Below are positions 1 through 9,442 of a DNA stretch of 64,000 bases, piece by piece. The notes beneath the pieces were generated by a model. It worked only from the letters and a program-made list of their open reading frames with translations, had not been told where the DNA came from and ran no database searches. The position numbers and the translations under genes are program-made. Position 1 is the first letter of the stretch. The number at the start of each line of letters is the position of its first letter. The DNA comes from Minisyncoccota bacterium (GTDB lineage: Bacteria > Patescibacteriota > Minisyncoccia > Phycocordibacterales > WO2-35-19), in NCBI GenBank assembly GCA_036517255.1, contig DATDXE010000004.1:30543-94542 (forward strand). The letters run 5' to 3'.

Positions 1-206
1 TTATAGGGAAGGTCACTCAAGATTGCCGTACCGGTGCCTTTTTCTACACGTAAAAATTGATCAACATCATGTATTTCCTCGCCGATTTCCTCTCCAGCAA
101 GAAGTGACATCAAGACGAGCTGGCTGTTCTTGTCAGTATAAAGAACCTTTCTGAAATTGTTATTCTCGAGTGAGAGCTTTTCGATATTGGTGACGTAGCC
201 CTTCAT
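1..206 (-). CDS. cupin-domain protein, 5' part only (gene continues past window start)
   Basis: minus-strand ATG at 206 (MKGYVTNIEKLSLENNNFRKVLYTDKNSQLVLMSLLAGEEIGEEIHDVDQFLRVEKGTGTAIL...) open to the window edge; G-E-x-H...V.KG.G pattern typical of cupin_2. Confidence 0.5.
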   Translation of the reverse strand, partial: MKGYVTNIEKLSLENNNFRKVLYTDKNSQLVLMSLLAGEEIGEEIHDVDQFLRVEKGTGTAILSDLPY

Positions 207-400
207 GGAGCTATTATATCATACTTTAAAAATGAAATGAGCTTCATTGCTCCCTTGGGCTTTCAATACTCATGGCCTCATTATTCCAACAAATCCCATG
301 AAATGCTCTCTGCTCGACATGGTGCGGGATATCGGAACCTTCTGGAAGACCAATAAGGAGCTTATTTGGCTACCCAATATCAAGCAGGGTTTCTTTGGAA

Positions 401-955
401 TTACGCAGCCAACTGAGGCTGAGATGGCGGAGTATCGCTAGATTTTAGGCCTATCACCCTTAAGCAATCTCTCAAAAGCTTCAAGGTTATACCCATAGCA
501 TCGTGAACGGGATGGTGGTCGTGCTTTGTTATACGCAATCTTTTCCAAGATGAGGTATCTTTAAAGTCTCCAATTAAGCCAGCGTAAAAGTCACCAATTC
601 TTCTAGCAGAATATCCGAATGGATTTCTACCAAGAGTTCGATGGAAGCTGTCATTGATCCACTGCCAATCAAATGCCGGATTGTCACTGACGAATCTGGG
701 TTTTTCTTCACCGCATACCTCCTGGAGCCATGCGTCAAATTTCTCAAATATTTCCTTTTCATCAAAGAGCACGCCTGTCGTCATCTTGAACTCAGGATTT
801 TCTGGGTCAGGCTTTCTTTCAATCAACACTCCATGAAAGGTGGCTTTTGAGGGGTATGTGACTGCGCCAAATTCAGTAAGCTTGCCCATACTTGGACACT
901 TGCCGTTAGCCTCGCAGTCTACAAAAATTAAATTTTTAAGATTATTTGCATCCAT
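401..955 (-). CDS. DEDDh-type 3'-5' exonuclease-like protein
   Basis: ORF 184 aa; FVDCEANG (Exo I-like), FVSDNPAFDWQWIN (Exo II-like), HPVHDAMG (Exo III His-Asp) motifs. Confidence 0.5.
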   Translation of the reverse strand: MDANNLKNLIFVDCEANGKCPSMGKLTEFGAVTYPSKATFHGVLIERKPDPENPEFKMTTGVLFDEKEIFEKFDAWLQEVCGEEKPRFVSDNPAFDWQWINDSFHRTLGRNPFGYSARRIGDFYAGLIGDFKDTSSWKRLRITKHDHHPVHDAMGITLKLLRDCLRVIGLKSSDTPPSQPQLAA

Positions 956-1152
956 CTGACCATTTTACCTTCAAACAGAAAATTAGTGGATTAGTTATAA
1001 AACCCTTAAAAACAGGCTTTTTATAGGGCAAAACCCTACTGTGCCACTAGACTAGCATAGTAGCTAGAGTTGCTTGTTTTTCTCCTTTTTGTCCAGTATA
1101 ATAGGTCTACTATGCAAAAAAGGCAGAAAGTGCATAGTACAACATAAATACT

Positions 1153-2439
1153 ATGCTAAAAAACACCATAATAAAGCAAAAAGGAGACCGAGATAGGCTC
1201 ATGTCTCTTCCATACGTAGAACGTACACAAGAGATAAGAGCTCAAAAGTGGATGTCTTCAGATTTGATAAAAGTTATTCTCGGACCCCGACGAGCAGGAA
1301 AATCGGTCTTTGCTTTGATGTTGCTTAAAGATCAGTCTTTCGCCTATTTTAATTTCGATGATGAATCACTCCCTGGTGAGGAAAAAATAGATCTCGATGA
1401 ACTTCTTTCAGAATTAAAACAGGTCTACGGTGATACAAAATATATTTTCTTTGATGAAATACAAAACCTTCCAAATTGGGAATTGTTTGTAAACCGTCTT
1501 CATCGTTCCGGATACAATCTGGTCCTCACCGGTTCTAATGCCAGCCTTCTTTCAAAAGAACTGGCTACGCATCTTACTGGTAGACATATTCCGATAGAGA
1601 TACTACCTTTTAGTTTCCAGGAGTTTTTAAAAGCTAAGAGTTATGAACTTGATGCGGACAAACTAGCTCTACCTGATGAAAAGGCAAAGCTGTTTAGTTA
1701 TCTAACTCAGTACATGACGAATGGCGGATACCCTGAAGTTGTCACAAAAGATGTGGACCCTCGAGGATACTTGGATGTACTGTTCGATGCTGTGCTATTT
1801 AAGGACGTCATAAAAAGACACCGAGTTAAGTTTTCAAAGCAAATAGATAACCTAGGATCGTATTTGATAAACAATGTTTCAAATCAATACACCGCAAGAA
1901 AGCTTCGTGATGTATTGCAATTTAAAAGCGATGTAACCGTAGCAAAGTATCTCGATTATTTGATAGAGGCATATTTGTTGTTCTCTCTCGATCGTCACTC
2001 AAGTAAAGCAAGTTCCCGAATACAGTCTGCTAAAAAAACGTATGTGATAGACAACGGCCTTGTTACTGCTAAAGCGGTCCAACACTCCCCTAACACAGGA
2101 AAGCTTATGGAGAACTTGGTATTTACCGAACTCGTCAAAAAAGGTAATGAACCGAATCGTGAGGTGTTCTATTACAAAACTAGAAATGATAGAGAGATAG
2201 ACTTTGTTATAAAAAATGGACATGAAGTCGTAGAACTCATACAGGTAACATATGACGTTACCAATCCTGACGTCGAAGAACGTGAAGTCAAAGCCCTCGT
2301 GGAAGCCGGACAGGAATTGAATGTGAATAAACTCACAATCCTTACATGGAATGAAAAAAGGGAGGTAAAAAAAGGTGAAGTCACAATAGTATTTAGACCT
2401 CTGTATGAGTGGCTACTTGAAGTAAACAAAGAAAATTAA
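1153..2439 (+). CDS. AAA+ ATPase with C-terminal DUF4143-like domain
   Basis: ATG at 1153; Walker A GPRRAGKS, Walker B IFFDEIQ; architecture of the widespread AAA_14/DUF4143 ATPase family. Confidence 0.7.
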   Translation: MLKNTIIKQKGDRDRLMSLPYVERTQEIRAQKWMSSDLIKVILGPRRAGKSVFALMLLKDQSFAYFNFDDESLPGEEKIDLDELLSELKQVYGDTKYIFFDEIQNLPNWELFVNRLHRSGYNLVLTGSNASLLSKELATHLTGRHIPIEILPFSFQEFLKAKSYELDADKLALPDEKAKLFSYLTQYMTNGGYPEVVTKDVDPRGYLDVLFDAVLFKDVIKRHRVKFSKQIDNLGSYLINNVSNQYTARKLRDVLQFKSDVTVAKYLDYLIEAYLLFSLDRHSSKASSRIQSAKKTYVIDNGLVTAKAVQHSPNTGKLMENLVFTELVKKGNEPNREVFYYKTRNDREIDFVIKNGHEVVELIQVTYDVTNPDVEEREVKALVEAGQELNVNKLTILTWNEKREVKKGEVTIVFRPLYEWLLEVNKEN

Positions 2440-2443
2440 ATTT

Positions 2444-2593
2444 ATGAATCCCGTTGCAAACCAAAACCAAAACAAAATAGAAACCTACATCAAGTGCAAG
2501 AAGTGCAACATTGAGGTTTTTACTATTACAAACGGTGGTTTAACTCCATGTAAATGTGGGGCTTTTTACGTTGTCTTGTCCAATACCCACTAA
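2444..2593 (+). CDS. possible small zinc-ribbon protein (49 aa)
   Basis: ATG 2444..TAA 2591; MNPVANQNQNKIETYIKCKKCNIEVFTITNGGLTPCKCGAFYVVLSNTH has CxxC...CxC; no clear RBS. Confidence 0.25.
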   Translation: MNPVANQNQNKIETYIKCKKCNIEVFTITNGGLTPCKCGAFYVVLSNTH

Positions 2594-2701
2594 TTTGCAT
2601 TTATTCGGACTTAGACTTTAAGGGTCCAAAAATAATGCACCATATTTTATTTAAATTTCCTTGCTCCGGGAGTAGGGATCGAACCTACGACCAATCGCTT
2701 A

Positions 2702-3261
2702 CATTTTGTCTTCTATTACTAGAAGTATGGACTATATCATCCCCATATATTCAAAATCGAACACTTAGGGGCGAGGCGCTTCGTACCAACAACATTGCTG
2801 GAACTACTCTCTTGCGAGATAGTCTCTACACCTTTCCCTTGATTACTCTCGGGACTTGGCTCGGGATTGCCCCTTAGGGGTTTCCCCGAATTCACCTCGT
2901 TTTTCAACCCAAATTTCTTCGGGAAGCTGCGTGATGCCGTCATGTACTTCCATATGACAATTTGCGCAAATCAAAACACATTTATCTATTTCTTTGCGTA
3001 TTTTTTCCCAAGATCGAGTTAAACCTCTTAAGGACAAGCCAAAATCTTTTTTAGCTGGATCCACATGATGAAAACTCAAAGCTCTTGAGCATTTATTGTA
3101 GCCACATATAATACACTTATTGCCTTTATAAGCTCTCGCCATTTCACGTAAATTTTTTCTTCTACGTTTAACAGCCATTCGCATATATTCAGCACGGTCG
3201 GCATAAGTTCTTTTTTCTTTCCTGGTATACATATTATAAGTATACCGCAGAACTTATCGAC
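2702..3261 (-). other. group I self-splicing intron in tRNA-Asn anticodon loop (between nt 35 and 36)
   Basis: 5' exon ends in U, intron ends in G (AAAAUG|); 3' part carries GUAGAGACUAUC (R-like) and GAUAUAGUCC (S-like) elements that can form P7; ORF in the 5' peripheral region. Confidence 0.75.
2843..3232 (-). CDS. intron-encoded HNH homing endonuclease
   Basis: 129 aa; CIICGYNKC...HHVDPAKK...CANCHMEVH (HNH His-Me finger with two CxxC pairs); starts 29 nt after the 5' splice site. Confidence 0.8.
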   Translation of the reverse strand: MYTRKEKRTYADRAEYMRMAVKRRRKNLREMARAYKGNKCIICGYNKCSRALSFHHVDPAKKDFGLSLRGLTRSWEKIRKEIDKCVLICANCHMEVHDGITQLPEEIWVEKRGEFGETPKGQSRAKSRE

Positions 3262-3454
3262 ACAGGCGATCGCTCTACCGCTGAGCTATCCCGGAGCATG
3301 AAAATCTAAAACATATTGAATTATCAACGAACCAAATCAGTTTATCAGAAAAAGGAGATGAGGCAAGATTTTTAGAGTTATGCACTTAGATACAGAAATG
3401 ATATTGACGCTATTTTATAAAGGAGTAACATTTTCCATCAGGAGGCAGTAAAGT

Positions 3455-3649
3455 ATGTTATTCGGATCGGACTGGGAAGATTGTCCTTGCAGAGGCGCAA
3501 ACGCAAACTGCAGACGTTGTGATGGTAGAGGCTCCTACCAGAAACAGAAAGAAACGGGATCAAAACAAGAGCCAAGAGTTCTTCAGGCCAACCCGACAAA
3601 ATCGGGAGGCCATGTGACGAGAGCGCAAGGGGCGGGAGGCGGCAAGTAG
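3455..3649 (+). CDS. small Cys-rich (zinc-finger-like) protein, 64 aa
   Basis: strong RBS AGGAGG 8 nt upstream of ATG 3455; CPCRGANANCRRCDGRG; G+C-rich relative to flanks. Confidence 0.45.
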   Translation: MLFGSDWEDCPCRGANANCRRCDGRGSYQKQKETGSKQEPRVLQANPTKSGGHVTRAQGAGGGK

Positions 3650-3739
3650 ATTGCCTCCCCGACAAACCCACTGGGAGTCCACCTCTCGGTGGGCTTTCAG
3701 CTATGTAAAACTACTAAAATATTTTTATGACATGACTAA

Positions 3740-3766
3740 GGGGGCCTAGTTAGGCCCCCCTGTTAT
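3740..3766. terminator. hairpin between convergent genes
   Basis: GGGGGCC-tagtta-GGCCCCC at 3740-3759 followed by T-rich tract; overlaps stop of the minus-strand gene. Confidence 0.45.
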
Positions 3767-4313
3767 TTGCCGACCGTTGTGGAAGCGGCCAGCGATCTTT
3801 TACAGTCTCCTTTGCGTTCGGTTTCTTGTTGAGCTTCGCCTCACGCTCGGCATCAGCGTTAGCGAGAAGTTGCTCTATCGTCGTCAGCCTTTGTACTTCA
3901 GCCTTGTGCAAAGGCTGACGAGCAAGTGGCTGGCGTCCTCGCGCCCTATCGAGCTCATCGAAATTTTTGCGAAGCTCTTCTTTTCTTTTCAGCTCCTGTA
4001 TACTCCGAGCTTCTCCCTCGAAATACAATTTGAGGTGGAGAGCCGCCACGTCGTAAGCTTCAGGAAACTTCTCCTTCAGCTCAATAAGGCTGATCGGCAG
4101 ATGGTGAGGATTCGCATCCCCATTCTCCACCGAGCTGATGATGATCGCTCTCGCTAGGCGAAGACCAAAGAGGATAACGAGCTCCCCTCCTCCAACACAA
4201 CCTTCGGCATGTGGGAACAACCTTGTGTACCTAGCTCTGCGTGAACACACAGTGCAAGTGTACTCAAAAAAAGTAGTGAGATCCCGGTAGGCGGGATCGT
4301 AAATCGCTTTCAT
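3750..4313 (-). CDS. hypothetical Cys/His-rich protein (187 aa) in G+C-rich cassette
   Basis: start chosen at internal ATG 4313 (MKAIYDPAYRDL...) preceded by AAAGGTGG; the ORF-track start at 4382 has no RBS; CTVCSRR...H...C possible zinc site. Confidence 0.45.
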   Translation of the reverse strand: MKAIYDPAYRDLTTFFEYTCTVCSRRARYTRLFPHAEGCVGGGELVILFGLRLARAIIISSVENGDANPHHLPISLIELKEKFPEAYDVAALHLKLYFEGEARSIQELKRKEELRKNFDELDRARGRQPLARQPLHKAEVQRLTTIEQLLANADAEREAKLNKKPNAKETVKDRWPLPQRSANNRGA

Positions 4314-4477
4314 ACGTAAACCACCTTTCCAAGAATAATTTGGTACTTCTCTGTCACCTATTCTAATTCCTACTAGCAACAAAAGTCAATGAAAAAAGAG
4401 TGAATATACTTTATTAATAGAGTGTGTTACTCTTATTACATAAGCTTCCCTCTGGGGGATTTTTTATTGAAATTTTT

Positions 4478-6295
4478 ATGGAAATTAGAAACATAGCCAT
4501 CATAGCCCACGTCGACCACGGGAAAACCACTTTGACCGATGCCATTCTTCAGCAATTCGGCGCAGCTGATACAGCGGTCAGTATGGACAGCAACGCTTTA
4601 GAAAAAGAGCGCGGCATTACTATTTACTCCAAAAATGCCTCGGTCATGTATAAAGGAACGAAAATAAATATCGTCGACACCCCGGGCCACGCCGACTTCG
4701 GCTCTGAGGTAGAACGAGTATTGCGTTCCATTGATTCCGTGCTTCTTGTTGTCGATGCTCAAGAAGGCCCGATGCCACAAACTCGTTTTGTACTGAAAAA
4801 ATCTTTGGAATTGGGAATCCGACCAATAGTGGTTATAAACAAAATCGACAAGCCAGCGGCCAACCCTAGTCGCACTCATGATGAAGTGTTTGACCTTTTC
4901 GCTGAACTCGGAGCAAACGATCTACAGCTCGACTTCCCTGTCATATACGCTATCGGGCGCGAAGGAATAACGATGAAAAATTTAGAGGACCAAAAAAGTC
5001 CATCAGCTAACGGAACCGCTCCCCTCCTTGATTTGATCCTCGAGCATGTGCCAAATGCTGCTTCCAATACCGAACCCAAATTCAAAGCTCAACCCTTCAA
5101 CCTGGCATACGACAACTTCCTTGGAAGACTGGCTATCGTCCGAGTCTATAGTGGTTCTATAAAATCAGGCGACAGTGTTTTTGTAAAAAAACAAGGCAGC
5201 TCAGTCGAACCTAAAAAATATAGAGTAACCAAACTTTTTACATTTGATGGCACACGTAGAGTAGACACGGAAAGCGTAAGTGTGGGCGACATCGCCATTA
5301 TGGCTGGCATTCCTGATATTTATATAGGCGACACTATAATCGACGACACTACAACACCAGCACTACCAGCGATACAGATAGATGAACCGACGATCAAACT
5401 TACTTTCCTGGTAAATAATTCCCCTTTTGCTGGTCGCGAAGGCAAATTTGTTACCAGTAGGCAAATCCGCGAGCGGCTAGAAAAAGAACTCGAAGTGAAT
5501 GTTGGCTTGAAAGTCGATTTTGATATCGGTAGTGGTGAACAATTTACCGTTTACGGAAGAGGTGAATTGCACATCGCTATTCTACTTGAAAACATGCGCC
5601 GCGAAGGATATGAAATGCAAGTATCCCAGCCGGAAGTAATAGTGAAAGAAATCGATGGCAAGAAGCACGAACCGTTTGAAGAATTGGTAGTCGACATACC
5701 GAATGAATATCAAGGGGTGGTGATCGAGAAACTTGGCAAGCGAGGTGCCCTGATGACCAAAATGCAAAACAACACTCAAGGCCAGGAGAAAAATATCACT
5801 ATGACTTTCGAAGGTCCAAGTCGTGGACTTTTCGGTTATCGCAGTAAATTTATTATCGATACAAAAGGAGAAGGGATACTCGCTCACCGAGTGCTCGGCT
5901 ACAGGCCATATGCAGGTGAAATAGAACGGCACGAAGCTGGCTCCATGATTTCCCAAGTTATGGGTAAGACTCTTGGCTACTCTCTCGACAACTTGCAAAC
6001 TCGCGGCACCCTTTACATAAAAGAAGCGACCGAAGTATACGAAGGTCAAGTTATCGGTAACACTTCCAAAGGAGAACAAATGACAGTCAACCCGACCAAA
6101 GGTAAACAGCTTACCAACATGCGCGCTTCAGGTTCGGATGAAGCCATCCGCCTCGTGCCTCCACAACTGCTCTCTATCGAATCAGGTCTGGAAATAATGG
6201 CCAAAGATGAGTATCTAGAAATCACTCCCATTAGCGTCCGCCTTCGCAAACAACAATTGACAGAGCTCGACCGCACAAAATCCAAGAGAAAGTAG
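4478..6295 (+). CDS. typA: translational GTPase TypA/BipA
   Basis: [33 protein letters not shown]-motifs and BipA-like C-terminal domain; ORF-track N-terminal extension (from 4424) judged an alternative-start artefact. Confidence 0.9.
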   Translation: MEIRNIAIIAHVDHGKTTLTDAILQQFGAADTAVSMDSNALEKERGITIYSKNASVMYKGTKINIVDTPGHADFGSEVERVLRSIDSVLLVVDAQEGPMPQTRFVLKKSLELGIRPIVVINKIDKPAANPSRTHDEVFDLFAELGANDLQLDFPVIYAIGREGITMKNLEDQKSPSANGTAPLLDLILEHVPNAASNTEPKFKAQPFNLAYDNFLGRLAIVRVYSGSIKSGDSVFVKKQGSSVEPKKYRVTKLFTFDGTRRVDTESVSVGDIAIMAGIPDIYIGDTIIDDTTTPALPAIQIDEPTIKLTFLVNNSPFAGREGKFVTSRQIRERLEKELEVNVGLKVDFDIGSGEQFTVYGRGELHIAILLENMRREGYEMQVSQPEVIVKEIDGKKHEPFEELVVDIPNEYQGVVIEKLGKRGALMTKMQNNTQGQEKNITMTFEGPSRGLFGYRSKFIIDTKGEGILAHRVLGYRPYAGEIERHEAGSMISQVMGKTLGYSLDNLQTRGTLYIKEATEVYEGQVIGNTSKGEQMTVNPTKGKQLTNMRASGSDEAIRLVPPQLLSIESGLEIMAKDEYLEITPISVRLRKQQLTELDRTKSKRK

Positions 6296-6303
6296 ATTCT
6301 AAT

Positions 6304-6858
6304 TTATTTCTGTAAAGCTTGCTGTTGTAAAATAATAGTCCTAGCTTCTTCGGGGTTGCTGGCATATTTGATAGCAATAATACGATGTCTGTCATCGCCC
6401 GCTGTTTCGATATGGATAAAACCAAATTTGAAAAAAGTTTGGATGATGCCACGAGTTTCGACAGTGATGTCTTGAATATTATGATAATTGAAACTAGTGA
6501 TCTCGCGATTGAAAAAACCTTTTTGCTCAATGTCGATCACTCGTTTGTTGGTAATAACTAGAGCATCGAGGTAATAATCGGTCCATTCAATAAAAAAGAA
6601 AGTCCATAGTAAAAGTAGCCATAGAGGATAAGCGAAAGACCCCCATTTCTGCACTCCAAACAAGAGAGTGCTTAAGATACTACTTGAAATACCAAGGCCT
6701 TGAACAAAAAATTCATTAAATAGTTCAAAAAAAATGAAGAAGTAAAGGAAACCAGGCAAGATAGCCAGCACAAACATGGTTATAGCAACGAGAAGCATCA
6801 CAAACCAATGTTTACGAACCACTTTTATTATTTTTTCTCCGTCTTCAAGATTGACCAT
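6304..6858 (-). CDS. membrane protein with bacterial PH (bPH_2/YdbT-like) domain
   Basis: two N-terminal TM helices followed by a ~90 aa domain (NKRVIDIEQKGFFNREITSFNYHNIQDITVE) matching the bPH_2 pattern. Confidence 0.5.
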   Translation of the reverse strand: MVNLEDGEKIIKVVRKHWFVMLLVAITMFVLAILPGFLYFFIFFELFNEFFVQGLGISSSILSTLLFGVQKWGSFAYPLWLLLLWTFFFIEWTDYYLDALVITNKRVIDIEQKGFFNREITSFNYHNIQDITVETRGIIQTFFKFGFIHIETAGDDRHRIIAIKYASNPEEARTIILQQQALQK

Positions 6859-6867
6859 TTTTATATT

Positions 6868-7092
6868 TTATATAGTCGCAAGTTCAAGAGCCGCAGTACT
6901 TACTAGGACAGCGACTCCAAAAAGATACACCGCCTCCATAAAGAAAATCATCGGACTTTTTAGGCCGTACCTCGACCAATGCCAGAGCATGATGACAGCC
7001 ACAATACCGGAAAAAAGTATGACTAAAGTGAATATAAGGGAAGCAATGGTTCCCCCGTTTATAGTTAGGAAATCTAACTCAGATGGAAGCAT
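6868..7092 (-). CDS. small membrane protein (74 aa)
   Basis: two hydrophobic helices; stop 10 nt upstream of the next minus-strand start. Confidence 0.3.
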   Translation of the reverse strand: MLPSELDFLTINGGTIASLIFTLVILFSGIVAVIMLWHWSRYGLKSPMIFFMEAVYLFGVAVLVSTAALELATI

Positions 7093-7239
7093 AAATATAT
7101 TATATCACAACGTGTGGATAATGGGCTCACCCCTTGACTTATAAGTATTATAATGTGGGGAGTCGAATATATTAAAAATTATTAATTCATTCGTCGTGCT
7201 TTAATCGACGTAGCGCACGACATGATTTCGCAAAATCAC

Positions 7240-7644
7240 ATGGCAAAAAAATTAGCTAAAGTGTTCGGAATAATTTTCATCCTCGTCGGGCTCCTCGGTT
7301 TTATCGGGAACCCTGTCATAGGTGAGATGGGGTTTTTCCACTCTGATATGATTCACAACTTGATTCATATCGTAAGCGGCCTGATATTACTTCTGGCTGC
7401 AGCCAAAGGAGCCGCTTCTATGTGGCTCAAGATCCTCGGTATCATCTATCTTCTCGTAGCAGTGCTCGGATTTATGATGATTGATAGCACTGGTATGGCA
7501 TACGTTCTCGGCATCATAAGCGTCAACAGCGCTGACAACTGGCTTCACCTCGTCCTGGGCCTGATATTTGTATGGGCTGGGATGTCAGGTAAGAAAGATC
7601 TTGTCCCTATGAGCATGAACTCAGACATGCCTGGACAGATGTAA
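7240..7644 (+). CDS. DUF4383-like polytopic membrane protein
   Basis: MAKKLAKVFGIIFILVGLLGF... four hydrophobic helices; start taken at second ATG (7240), 7222 also possible. Confidence 0.45.
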   Translation: MAKKLAKVFGIIFILVGLLGFIGNPVIGEMGFFHSDMIHNLIHIVSGLILLLAAAKGAASMWLKILGIIYLLVAVLGFMMIDSTGMAYVLGIISVNSADNWLHLVLGLIFVWAGMSGKKDLVPMSMNSDMPGQM

Positions 7645-7684
7645 GCGCTGGTCAAAAATAGAAAGTAGAAGATTTAAATGGAAC

Positions 7685-7719
7685 CGCCGCCGACTCAGAC
7701 TGAGCCAGCGGCGTTTTCG
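7685..7719 (+). terminator. rho-independent terminator
   Basis: CGCCGCCGACTCAG-ac-TGAGCCAGCGGCG imperfect hairpin followed by TTTT. Confidence 0.5.
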
Positions 7720-7725
7720 TAAGGC

Positions 7726-8184
7726 TCATCCCCAACGTTCTTTGATCCTGAGTGACCTGAGCTTCTCTGCGTAGTCACTCACGCAGATAACGAACATCTT
7801 TTTCTTCTGTTCGATCAAAATTTCCAGCGCCTCAGCCCTATCGGCAAGAAACGAACTCTTTTCCCCGTCAGTGACGAGGTACAGACTTCTGCCATCTTTC
7901 ATGGCCTGTTTGAGACGAACATCGAGGTGCTGCCGGCGAGAACATCGCAAGACCTTAGTCACGTTTGACAACGCGACGCGTCGACGTCGAAGCTCTTTCA
8001 TGAACATGACCTCGACGACTTCGACATCGTTGTAAAGCCGAAGATGGTTCTCAATCGGAGGCGAAACGATTTTGTTTTTGGCCCACCACTGCAAGTTGCG
8101 GAAACTTGCACCAGTAATATCACGAACCACAGGCGAAGGGTAAAAACCCCGAGCTATCGCATTTTTTACTCTAACAGTTCCCAT
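7726..8184 (-). CDS. hypothetical protein, possible MerR-like HTH N-terminus (G+C-rich cassette)
   Basis: 152 aa; ITGASFRNLQWWAKNKIV resembles MerR recognition-helix region; composition clearly richer in G+C than flanks. Confidence 0.35.
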   Translation of the reverse strand: MGTVRVKNAIARGFYPSPVVRDITGASFRNLQWWAKNKIVSPPIENHLRLYNDVEVVEVMFMKELRRRRVALSNVTKVLRCSRRQHLDVRLKQAMKDGRSLYLVTDGEKSSFLADRAEALEILIEQKKKMFVICVSDYAEKLRSLRIKERWG

Positions 8185-8259
8185 TGAGGAACCCTCCCAA
8201 AAATCATAATACTGATTATACGAAAAAAATCAATCAAGCCAAAACACAATAAAATTCCC

Positions 8260-8335
8260 TGGTGGACCCTAGCGGATTCGAACCGCTGACCTCCTCATTG
8301 CAAATGAGGCGCTCTACCAACTAAGCTAAGGGCCC
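8260..8335 (-). tRNA. tRNA-Ala(UGC), CCA encoded
   Basis: GGGCCCT..GCTT-AGTTGGTA-GAGC..CCTCA-TTTGCAA-TGAGG..AGCGG-TTCGAAT-CCGCT-AGGGTCC-A-CCA; G3:U70 identity pair. Confidence 0.9.
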
Positions 8336-8403
8336 ACCATGAAATTCTATCTGATTAACGCTGATTTAACATATTATCAGAAATAAGACTTTCGACAATA
8401 CTA

Positions 8404-9402
8404 CTACTTTCTATCCAACGCCAACGAAATAACATGATGCAGAAATTCGGAAAGGCTAGAGCCAGCAGCACGGAGAGCTTTGGGGATGAGAGAATTTTTG
8501 GTGAGACCGGGGAGAGTATTAGTTTCCAAAATATAAACTCCTCGTTTAGGATGAACTATAAAATCAGAGCGGGAATAATGGCGAAGACCCAGGACACTAT
8601 GAGCCATGATAGCCATCCCCTCGATCATATCCTTTTCCTCCTTGGAAAAATTACCAGGACAAATTTCCTCCGCCCCTCCATCGGCATATTTCGATTCGTA
8701 ATTAAAAAAGTGACTTTTTGGTTTTATTTCGATAGGCAAAAGAGCGTGATGGTGCGAACCTCGAAACTCATCCACCACCCCACAAGTCGCTTCCCTACCC
8801 TTTATATATTCCTCGATGATAACAGCAGGTGAGTATTCGAAAGCGGCGACCACCGCCTCTTCCAGTTCAGGCAGGGAGCTCGCTATCCTCACTCCCAAAG
8901 ATGAGCCGGAAGACGCAGGCTTGACAACATATGGAGGCGGCAAGGTTTTATAAACTTCGCGAATAGCATCGCGAGTCAGATCCTTCAAATTTATATGAGT
9001 ACCTACAGGAGTTTTTATGCCCGCTCTTTTATATTCTTTCTTTGAAGCTACTTTATCGTAACTCACAGCCGAGGCAGAGGAGTTTGACCCAGTGTAAGGT
9101 ACACCGAAGGAGTCGAGAAGTTTTTGGACAGTGCCATCCTCACCATAATTACCATGTAAGGCATTCCAAGCCACATCAATTTTCTTCAAAATCTTTTCTG
9201 GCTGTTTAGAGAAACCCTCCTCATGCCAATCGCCATTTTTAGAAATAAAAATATCAATCGGCTGATAAATATCGGCTGAAAGGCTTTCAAGAACTGCCAT
9301 ACCAGTATTCAGCGACACATCATACTCACCCGAAGGCCCGCCCCGCAATACCCCCACCCGTATTTTGTCAGAAAATAAACCCATGCTTCCATTATATCTC
9401 AT
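8404..9402 (-). CDS. ddl: D-alanine--D-alanine ligase
   Basis: KIRVGVLRGGPSGEYDVSL N-terminus, ATP-grasp motifs (EEYIKGRE, ETNTLPG); alternative ATG at 9384. Confidence 0.85.
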   Translation of the reverse strand: MRYNGSMGLFSDKIRVGVLRGGPSGEYDVSLNTGMAVLESLSADIYQPIDIFISKNGDWHEEGFSKQPEKILKKIDVAWNALHGNYGEDGTVQKLLDSFGVPYTGSNSSASAVSYDKVASKKEYKRAGIKTPVGTHINLKDLTRDAIREVYKTLPPPYVVKPASSGSSLGVRIASSLPELEEAVVAAFEYSPAVIIEEYIKGREATCGVVDEFRGSHHHALLPIEIKPKSHFFNYESKYADGGAEEICPGNFSKEEKDMIEGMAIMAHSVLGLRHYSRSDFIVHPKRGVYILETNTLPGLTKNSLIPKALRAAGSSLSEFLHHVISLALDRK

Positions 9403-9442
9403 TTGATTTTATTCTCTCAAGCAATATACTCATACTGTTGTT

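Larger units (their letters stand above)
2664..3295 (-). tRNA. tRNA-Asn(GUU) gene interrupted by an intron (exon1 3262-3295, exon2 2664-2701)
   Basis: minus strand: TCCGGGA-TA-GCTC-AGCGGTA-GAGC-G-ATCGC-CTGT | 560 nt | TAA-GCGAT-TGGTC-GTAGG-TTCGATC-CCTAC-TCCCGGA-G; spliced anticodon loop CUGUUAA; U1:A72 and G73 as in bacterial tRNA-Asn. Confidence 0.8.

Noticed and set aside
2554-2877. 107-aa plus-strand ORF in the ORF track
   Set aside because: Overlaps the tRNA-Asn 3' exon and the group I intron core on the opposite strand; no start signals.
4424-4477. N-terminal extensions from alternative TTG/GTG starts in the ORF track (typA here; also SBP 21505, cyclase 10440, MTase 14087, groES 21096)
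   Set aside because: Extensions precede the conserved N-termini and lack RBSs; internal ATG starts match family N-termini.
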